A stretch of DNA of 61,330 nt from the NCBI GenBank assembly GCA_964482715.1, contig CAYZYX010000004.1, positions 1-61,330 of the forward strand. Direction: 5' to 3'. Below are positions 1 to 8,000 of this stretch, in pieces. The notes below the pieces were generated by a model that was not told the DNA's origin, searched no databases, and worked only from the letters and a program-made list of their open reading frames with translations. The stretch comes from an uncultured Clostridia bacterium. Lineage in GTDB: Bacteria > Aerophobota > Aerophobia > Aerophobales > B3-G15. Both the position numbers and the translations under genes were made by a program. Each line of letters begins with the position of its first letter. The first letter of the stretch is position 1.

Positions 1-2694
1 AATCCCATTGAGGCCATAACCGGTCAGACGGTGAGGGGTGATAACACAGATCCAGAGGTTGATAGTATAACTGTAAGTCCTTCCTGCTGTGTGAGCTCCG
101 CTACTGTAGAAATTACCGTGGAATTTAACGAGTGCATGGCAACTCCGGTTACTGTAAGTGTTGGTCTTGAGAGCCCGTATGATACCTATGCTGTCTCGGG
201 TAGCCTCAGCGGATCTTCTACCTGGGTAGGTCAGATAACTCCTGGTGTGGTACGTGAGATGGCTGATGGTTACTACGGTGTTTCTGTGAATGCTAAGGAT
301 AGGGCTCAAAATTCAGTATCGCATTTGGCAGCAGATAAATTCAAGATAGATCATGAGCCTCCCACAGTTTCAGTTAATGTAACCCCAAAACCTGTATTTG
401 CTGGTGAGGAAGTCCATGCCAGTCTGCATTTCAGCGAGCCAGTTTCGGGTTCCGTTGTGGTGTATATTGCCCTGAACGGTGAGAACGTAAAACAGTTTAA
501 TGGAAGCTGGACAAGTACACCAATTGATGTCTGTGGTGAAACCTATTATGATGAGTGGGGTGGAATTTCTACAGCACCTCTTACTCCTGCGACTTACTCG
601 ATTCAGATAACAGGTAGTGTCGTGGATTGTGCAGGTTATCCACTTTCCTACACCCCGGTTACTTTCCAGGTTCTCGCACGTGATGATACACCTCCAGTGA
701 TTGACAACATGTCTCCTACTGGAATTATCTCTGATGCGACACCCACTATAAGTGCCTCCTTCAGTGATGCAGGCTCTGGCATTAGCACAGGAAGCGCCAG
801 AATGGTTGTGGATGGTGTGGATGTAACAGCATCTGCCAGTGTCACAACCTCCGGTATTACCTACACTCCCGCCTCTGCTCTAAGTGAAGGTGTGCATGTA
901 GTTGCCGTTGATGTTGCTGACCTTGCAGGTAACTGGGCCAATCAGGCAAGCTGGCAGTTTGTCGTGGATACGCAGGGTGCAGAATCTATTTACATCATAT
1001 CACCTCTTGCTAACTCTTATGTAAAGGGTGATATGAATGTGGAAGCTGTTGTATCTGATGTCTGGTCTGGTGCCAATCAGATAAGCTTCTTTGCCACCGG
1101 CGCTTCAGTGGCTGTTGGTGGTGTATCCCTGGGAGTTGCTACTGCTCAACCATGGGCTATAACCTGCGATACAACTTCCCTTTCTGATGGTGCCTGGTAT
1201 CTCTACGCTGTGGTAAGTGATGTTGCAGGAAATGCTGCTACAAGCTCTACAGTAAAAGTAACTATTGATAATACCACTCCAGCAATCTCTATCACCGGCA
1301 CATGGCCTATCTGGGCTAAAGCTGGAGATAGTAAGTTTGTGGAGTTTACCTATACCGAGGATAATCCATCAAGCGTTGTTCTGGAAGTTATCTCCGGAAC
1401 AACCGTTTACAGCAGGGCTGAAATTACCACTGGACTTTCAGGTGGTACTAACGTATCAAGAGGTATTCTGGGTGTCCTGCCTTCAGATCTACCAGAGGGA
1501 GTTTATGACCTGAAGGTAACCATGACCGATGCCGCTGGATCTTCTGCNNNNNNNNNNNNNNNNNNNNNNNNNNNNNNNNNNNNNNNNNNNNNNNNNNNNN
1601 NNNNNNNNNNNNNNNNNNNNNNNNNNNNNNNNNNNNNNNNNNNNNNNGTTGACAATACTTCTCCTGTGGTTGAAGTAGTTGATCCTGTAAGCTCCAACGT
1701 TGCTTATGTCCAGCCCGGTGACAACTTGAAGATAACTTACACCTATCAGGAAGCTTATCCTTACTCAATTGATATAGAGATTAAGAACGCTGATGGTGAG
1801 CTTGCAGGTTCTGCTCATGTTGAGAACCTGCCTGGTGTAACCTCACCAGTTACTGTTACAACTACTGTTCCCATCTTCAGCGAGCCAGATGTAGGAGTTG
1901 GAACATATGATGTGATTGTGACCATCACCGATTATGCCGGACAGACCGCAACCTACACTGCCGAAGATGCCGTCTGCGTATTCCTGCCTAAGATTCAGAA
2001 AGTTGTGGGCAGCGCAGGTGGGACGGTAGAGCTTGGTGACGGAACCAAGGTCGAGATACCCGCAGGTGCCGTGGATACCAATACCCTGATTACCATAGAG
2101 GCTCTCGAGCCACAGGATATACCTGAACTTGACCTGACAGGAGTTACTCCTACTGACGTTGCCAGATTCTTCGGTCCTGAAGGTTTTGTCTTTGCCAAGC
2201 TTGTTACAGTCACCATTCCTTACACCGAGAGAGATATAGCTGGTCTTGATGAAAGTAAGTTAGCCCTGTATGTCTGGGATGGAGGTGGCTGGTACAGAGT
2301 CGGTGATGAAACAATAAATAGTACAAATAATACTATTTCCGCGAAAGTGAATCACTTCAGTATCTACAGAATCGTGGAGGATACCACCGAGGTTAGCGGA
2401 TTCAAGGTCTATCTGACTAAGAATCCATTCAGAAGTGGTGAAGGAACCATCTTCGTCTATAGTCTACCCAAGGCTGGAAAGGTTACCCTGAAGATTTACG
2501 ATGCCACTGGTGACCTGGTGAGGACTCTCCTTGATGGTGAGACTCAGAGTGCTGGCTGGCATAACGTGAAGTGGGACGGCGACAATGACTTCTTCAGCTT
2601 CGTTGGTTCTGGTATCTATCTCTACAGGTTTGAGGTAGAATACACCGCCGGTGGTTCCGATAAAGTAATCAAGACCGTGGGTGTGATAAAGTAA
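1..2694 (+). CDS. Large secreted/surface protein (5'-partial): tandem bacterial Ig-like domains, ZU5-like domain, C-terminal FlgD-Ig/T9SS-type sorting domain
   Basis: Frame is open from base 1, so the start lies upstream of the window. Repeated 'D-x-AGN...VD(N/T)TxP' Ig junctions; 'GGTVELGDGTKVEIPAGAV...FGPEG..FAKLVTVTIPY...ISAKVNHFSIY' is ZU5-like; tail 'NPF..TLKIYDATGDLVRTL..WDG..GIYLYR..VIKTVGVIK'. Spans an N-gap. Confidence 0.8.
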   Translation, partial: NPIEAITGQTVRGDNTDPEVDSITVSPSCCVSSATVEITVEFNECMATPVTVSVGLESPYDTYAVSGSLSGSSTWVGQITPGVVREMADGYYGVSVNAKDRAQNSVSHLAADKFKIDHEPPTVSVNVTPKPVFAGEEVHASLHFSEPVSGSVVVYIALNGENVKQFNGSWTSTPIDVCGETYYDEWGGISTAPLTPATYSIQITGSVVDCAGYPLSYTPVTFQVLARDDTPPVIDNMSPTGIISDATPTISASFSDAGSGISTGSARMVVDGVDVTASASVTTSGITYTPASALSEGVHVVAVDVADLAGNWANQASWQFVVDTQGAESIYIISPLANSYVKGDMNVEAVVSDVWSGANQISFFATGASVAVGGVSLGVATAQPWAITCDTTSLSDGAWYLYAVVSDVAGNAATSSTVKVTIDNTTPAISITGTWPIWAKAGDSKFVEFTYTEDNPSSVVLEVISGTTVYSRAEITTGLSGGTNVSRGILGVLPSDLPEGVYDLKVTMTDAAGSSXXXXXXXXXXXXXXXXXXXXXXXXXXXXXXXXXXVDNTSPVVEVVDPVSSNVAYVQPGDNLKITYTYQEAYPYSIDIEIKNADGELAGSAHVENLPGVTSPVTVTTTVPIFSEPDVGVGTYDVIVTITDYAGQTATYTAEDAVCVFLPKIQKVVGSAGGTVELGDGTKVEIPAGAVDTNTLITIEALEPQDIPELDLTGVTPTDVARFFGPEGFVFAKLVTVTIPYTERDIAGLDESKLALYVWDGGGWYRVGDETINSTNNTISAKVNHFSIYRIVEDTTEVSGFKVYLTKNPFRSGEGTIFVYSLPKAGKVTLKIYDATGDLVRTLLDGETQSAGWHNVKWDGDNDFFSFVGSGIYLYRFEVEYTAGGSDKVIKTVGVIK

Positions 2695-2705
2695 GGTTAT
2701 ATAAA

Positions 2706-2746
2706 GGAGCGGCTCCTATAGAGAGCCGCTCCCCCTTTTTGTTTTC
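2706..2746 (+). terminator. Rho-independent terminator
   Basis: 10-bp stem GGAGCGGCTC/GAGCCGCTCC followed by a T-rich tract just after the stop codon. Confidence 0.8.
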
Positions 2747-2856
2747 TTGGCAATTTTAGAGATTCTTGGGAAAGGTAATTAAAAGATCTGTTATTTCTCA
2801 ACCTGACAAAATTCATTTACTTAATAAGAAATTTTTAAAGCAAAGGAGGAATCTAA

Positions 2857-3783
2857 ATGGTGAAGATGAGAAAGCGAGTAGGATTAGTTGTGTTTGCGGG
2901 AATTGCTCTTCTTGTAACTGGAAGTGTTGCTCTGGCTAATGTGGCCGCTGACCTACAGGTTGGTTGCAGGCCTCAAGGAATGGGAGGAGCTTTTGTAGCT
3001 GTAGCAGATGATGTAAATGCAGCCTGGTGGAATCCTGCGGGTATTGCCCAGGTAGAAAAAGGTGCTTTTTCTTTTCTTCATTCCAACCCATTTGGGGTGT
3101 CAAATTTTAGTCTCGATTATTTAACCTATGCAGCTCCGGGGACTTTGAGCTTCATAAAGGGTGGTTTTGCTCTGAGTTACTTAAAACAGGCAGCTAAGTT
3201 AGAAGAGGGTGCGGATGGAACAAGCAACGAAATGGTTGCACCTGAAATGTACATTTTATCTGTGGGTGGAACAGCGGTAGAAAATAAGCTTTATTATGGC
3301 CTTAATTTTAAAGGTATAGCTTTATCGGCTGAGGTTACCGGTGAAGGAGATGTAAGAAAAGGTGGTTTCGCTGCTGATATTGGTATTTTATACTGGATAA
3401 GCGATCGTTTCTCCATGGGGGCAGTTCGTAAGAATATGGCTGCATCCCTGGGAAATGAAGGATTTCCGGGTTCTTTGAGATTGGGTTTTGCCGGTAAATT
3501 CCTTGATGATAAACTTATTCTGGCAGCGGATTTCAATTCCAAGGAAGATATTGAGGGAGAAGAGGGTACAACCTGGCAGTCTCATTTTGGTGTTGAATGG
3601 AAGGTGATGCCCTCTTTTGCTTTAAGGCTTGGTTCAGATAAAGGTAATTTTACTGCCGGGTTTGGTTTTAAGTTTGGGCTTCCAGGAAAACTTGCCCCCG
3701 AGGGTGTTTTAGATTATTCCTATGCTTCTGATGAGGAGCTGGGAAGTACAAGTCGCTTCTCCTTCACCATTTTATTTAAATAA
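2857..3783 (+). CDS. PorV/PorQ-like (UPF0164) outer-membrane beta-barrel protein
   Basis: Signal peptide, 'GMGGAFVAVADDVNAAWWNPAG' plug motif, alternating beta-strands, C-terminal 'RFSFTILFK'; SD AAGGAGG. Confidence 0.8.
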   Translation: MVKMRKRVGLVVFAGIALLVTGSVALANVAADLQVGCRPQGMGGAFVAVADDVNAAWWNPAGIAQVEKGAFSFLHSNPFGVSNFSLDYLTYAAPGTLSFIKGGFALSYLKQAAKLEEGADGTSNEMVAPEMYILSVGGTAVENKLYYGLNFKGIALSAEVTGEGDVRKGGFAADIGILYWISDRFSMGAVRKNMAASLGNEGFPGSLRLGFAGKFLDDKLILAADFNSKEDIEGEEGTTWQSHFGVEWKVMPSFALRLGSDKGNFTAGFGFKFGLPGKLAPEGVLDYSYASDEELGSTSRFSFTILFK

Positions 3784-3813
3784 ATTATCAGAAAGTTTCT
3801 GTTTTTGGCAAGC

Positions 3814-3849
3814 AAAAGGGGAAGGTCAGCTATGACCTTCCCCTTTTTT
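3814..3849. terminator. Bidirectional Rho-independent terminator
   Basis: AAAAGGGGAAGGTCA-gcta-TGACCTTCCCCTTTTTT. Confidence 0.85.
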
Positions 3850-3860
3850 ATTATAAATTC

Positions 3861-3888
3861 TTGACTTGTAAAGTAGGGGTGTTAAATT
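3861..3888 (+). promoter_or_regulatory. Putative sigma70 promoter of the MntA-HepT pair
   Basis: TTGACT-16 nt-TAAATT with TGn extension. Confidence 0.45.
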
Positions 3889-3999
3889 TATACAACAGAT
3901 TTAATGAAAGTTCACGAAAATAGTATTTTAAAATGGAGAACTTGCTTTGACAAAGCTCAAAAAACTTTGTCAAGTGGAGAGATATTACCAAGAGAAAAA

Positions 4000-4428
4000 A
4001 TGGTTTTGACTGAAGAGAAAAAGATAAAACTTCGAGATTTTTTTCTTGACAAAGAGCAAATTTTGGTGGTATATATTTTTGGTTCTCAGGTTAAAGAAAG
4101 ACCTTCTTGTTTGAGCGATGTAGATATAGCCGTTTATTTGGATGAAAGATTAAGTAAAAGTGAACGTTTTGATCTGCGTCTTCGTTTAATTACCAAGGCA
4201 TGTGAGATTCTTGGCTCTAAAGAAGTTGATCTTATTGTATTAAATGATGCTCCCCTGGGGTTATATTATACTGTTCTGAAAGAAGGAATGGTACTCTACT
4301 GTCGAGATGAGGTAAAACGTATTGATACTGAAGTAAAAGTTATGTCACAGTATCTGGATCAGAAATACTATCAGAAGCGTCATTATGAAATTTTATTGCA
4401 GCAGATCAGGAAAGAGGGCATTTTGTGA
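4000..4428 (+). CDS. mntA: MntA-type minimal nucleotidyltransferase antitoxin
   Basis: 'VYIFGSQV..SDVDIAV' (GS-x10-DxD) and 'VDLIVLNDAP' motifs. ATG 4000 preferred over 3904. Overlaps the HepT start (GTGA). Confidence 0.8.
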   Translation: MVLTEEKKIKLRDFFLDKEQILVVYIFGSQVKERPSCLSDVDIAVYLDERLSKSERFDLRLRLITKACEILGSKEVDLIVLNDAPLGLYYTVLKEGMVLYCRDEVKRIDTEVKVMSQYLDQKYYQKRHYEILLQQIRKEGIL

Positions 4429-4631
4429 CTGTTAGAGAGAATATTCTGCAAAAGCTGGAACTTTTACGAGAATATGTGGGTTACTTAAAAGAATACCGGA
4501 AATATACTCTGGAGGACCTGCAGAAAGATCATACCCTGAGAGGTGCAGTGGAGAGATATTTTCAGAAGGATCTACCAGATTTTGACAGGTTTGCCGGTTA
4601 CATAGCAGATTATCTTTCTCAGAAAAAATGA
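4425..4631 (+). pseudogene. hepT: HepT/DUF86 HEPN RNase toxin with in-frame internal deletion
   Basis: N-terminus '...LRGAVERYFQ' joins directly to the C-terminus 'KDLPDFDRFAGYIADYL'. The central part with the R-x4-H active site is absent; only 68 aa. Confidence 0.75.
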
Positions 4632-4972
4632 GACAGGGCAGCATTTATACTGTTCTTACGGGAGATTTGGTATCCTCCAGGAAGGTAGATAATAGAGCTG
4701 CTGTACAGGAGAGAATCCAGACAGTAAGTAATGAATGAGATCAATAGAGAGTTTAAATCTTACCTTGTTGTTCCTTTTAATTTTACCACGGGAGATGAAT
4801 TTCAGGGACTTATGAATGAGCTTAAAGTGAGTTTTGATTTAGCACAATGGTGGATAAAAGAACTTTTTCCCTACAGAGTTCGTATGGGAATTGGTGCAGG
4901 CAGACTTTTCTGTTGATAGAGGCTATTCAGAAAAGTTGGAAGGAAATCCACTACAGAAGATACTGGCTATAT
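4628..4972 (+). pseudogene. SatD-family protein remnant (frameshifted, internally deleted, runs into N-gap)
   Basis: 'MRQGSIYTVLTGDLVSSRKV' from 4628; frameshift at duplicated gtaa-gtaa (~4723-4730); then 'FTTGDEFQGL...RMGIGAG'; a C-terminal piece lies in another frame. Confidence 0.65.
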
Positions 4973-5072
4973 NNNNNNNNNNNNNNNNNNNNNNNNNNNN
5001 NNNNNNNNNNNNNNNNNNNNNNNNNNNNNNNNNNNNNNNNNNNNNNNNNNNNNNNNNNNNNNNNNNNNNNNN

Positions 5073-8000
5073 AATGATATTCTGGCACTAACCAGTGGGG
5101 AAACTGCAACCATATCCTGTGATCTTGATGGGGATGACAATTCAGGTACCCATCAAATTACTGCTGATTATTCTCCCCCTGATCATGAGCCTCCTGAGGT
5201 GGGTTTTTTTGAGGTAAATCCCAATGCCTTCTCACCCAATCAAGATAATATACAGGATACAACCACTATTTCTTATTCTGTAGGAGATAATCAGTCTACT
5301 CAGGTAACCGTAAGACTGGAAATTCGCACGGTAGCAAATACCATAGTCAAAACACTGGTGGATGCTGAAACTCAGGATACCGGTGTTGCTTACAGCTATC
5401 CCTGGGACGGGACTGCTGACAACGGAAATCCTGTGGCTGAGGGGAACTATATTTGTAGAATTTTTGTGCTTGATGGTTCAGGGAACAGTAAAGAAGAAAC
5501 TCTTGGGGTAACCATTGACACCTCTCCTCCTGTTATTAGTGGGGTATCTGCTATTCCCACCCCCTTTTCCCCCAATAATGACTCGGTAAAAGATACCACC
5601 ACCATAACTTTTTCTCTCTCGGGAGCAACTGCGGGTTCTAACCGTGTAGAAATCAGGGATACCCGGGGATTTCTGGTGAGAACCCTGGTTGATGAAATTT
5701 CACCAACTCCTGGAGCAACAAATGGGACAAATACAGTCATCTGGAATGGTAAAGATCTAACAGGAACAGTTGTTCCAGATGACTCTTATTTTTATGAAAT
5801 AATTGCTGTGGATGATGCCGGGAATACCGCTTCGTTCACCGGACAGGTAGTCGTAGATACCACTCCCCCCACCACCGCTATCCAGGTTCTGGACAATACC
5901 GGGACCCATACTTCTCCTTTTGATTTAAGTGATCTGGGGGCTACTCCTCCCACTGGAATTTATATCTCTGATGTTCAGGTAAACGGTGAGTGGCAAACCA
6001 CTGATCCTTCAGGGATTTCAGAAGTTCAGCTTTACATTAATGGAGATCTATTCATTCCTCAAAATCCCAATGGAAACTGGCAGGGCTGGTATCTTTACTG
6101 GACTCCCTCTGCCAGTGATGGGACCTACAATATCCTGGTAAGAGCAGTGGACAATGTAGGATGTGACACTGGTGCCTCCGGTGCTACTGCGTCTATCATA
6201 TATGACAACACGCCTCCCTCAGCAGAGATCAGTTCCCCTCCTGATGGCATAAAATTTAACACAACTGCCCTTCTTATAAGTGGTGTGGCAAGTGATGGAG
6301 CAGAAGGTGTCGGGGTGGAAGAAGTTCAGATTCAGGTGACCAATTTAAGTACCTCCACCGTTATTATAAGTTTTACAACCACAGGGGTTACCGACACAAG
6401 CACTGAAGGAGACTGGTCTACCTGGGAGTATGTGTTTACTCCTCCTGATCCTGGTTCACCTCCGGTAACCTATCGTATTGAATGTCGTGCTCTGGACAGT
6501 CTGTACGATCCACTCTCTCCCACCTCTTCATCTCACATTCAACTTAGCCCTGATTCTATAACCGTTACCTATGATACCAAGAACCCTCCCTATCACCCCA
6601 CCGATTTAAGAGACGATGGAACACCTCTTTCTACCGGGCATATTTTCGGGACCACCAATGTATTGACAGCAAATCAGGAGTATTTCTCTGGTCTTCAGGA
6701 GGTTCGCTTTGAGTATAAAGTTGAGCCTTCGGGAAGCTGGCAGGTTATTGGTTCTGATTCTTGCCCTGGAACCTCATATACCCCCACTGTAACCTGGAAC
6801 ACCCTGGGTCTTTCAACAGATGTTACCTATTCGTTTAGAGCTGTAGCTGTGGGAAATGGAAGCGAGATCCCCTCTGGTGTTTTTAGCAGCTGTCAAATAG
6901 ACAATGTCACTCCCGATGCTCCAGGTAATTTGAAAGATGATGGAGTTTTAATAGAAGATGGTCATATTTTTGGTCGCCTCAATGTTCTTTCAGCAGAAGC
7001 TGATACATCCGATTCTTCCCTTCTGGGTGTAAGATTTGAGTACAGGGACTATACCACATCTTCTACCTGGCAAACTATCGGGATGGATACATCACCACAG
7101 GGAAATGTTTTCAGTGTTAACTGGGATACTTCAACACTTGATCCCACACATACCTATGGAATCAGAGCAGTTTCTGTAGATGCCGGTGGAAATGAAACTT
7201 CTTCTACTGAATTTACTGGATGTGCCATCCAGTTTGGGGCGCCCGTTTTTCAATCTCTTTTTACTGACAGATCAGCCTATAAAAATGGAGATACTATTAA
7301 CATTACGGCTAACCTCGATAACTCTGGATACACTTTATCCTGTAATTTTTCCCCTGTTGATTCAGAATATGGAGAAGGAAACAACGTGGAATGGGTTGAG
7401 GATAATCTTGATTCTACCTATACGATCACTTACACCATATCTTCCTATAACACCAGAGAAGATTCTTCTTATACAGTGATAGTTCAGGCACAGGACAATG
7501 TGGGAAATACCGCTACATCTTCTGTTACAGTCATTCTTGACAATACTTCTCCTACCGGAAGCATCAGTTCGCCTACATCGGGATCAAGCTTATCTGGAAC
7601 CTGCACTTTTTTAATTGTAGATAGTGGGCAGGTTGATTCTGATGTATCCTCGTTTACTCTGGAATATACACCTTCAGGACAGGTTAACTGGTCAACCTGT
7701 CCGGGGCAGGTGCAGGGTAGCTGGACACCTGGAGGGGTCTCTTCCATAGATTTTGACACCACAGCCTGTGGTGATGGAACTTATAATTTCCGTGTCAAAC
7801 TGGAAGATATTGCCGGTAATGCAGGATATACAGACCCAGTATACCTGGTAGTTCTTGACAATGGCTCTCCTCCTGTACCTGCTCAGCTTGAGGCTACACC
7901 AATTTCAGGTGCAAGGGTTAAGTTAACCTGGACCGCTTCTTCCCCTGAAGATGACGTTGATCATTACAACATTTACCGTTCTACGTTTCCTTATACTTAC

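Noticed and set aside
3904-3999. N-terminal extension of MntA
   Set aside because: Not family-like and contains the inverted repeats; ATG 4000 gives a typical length.
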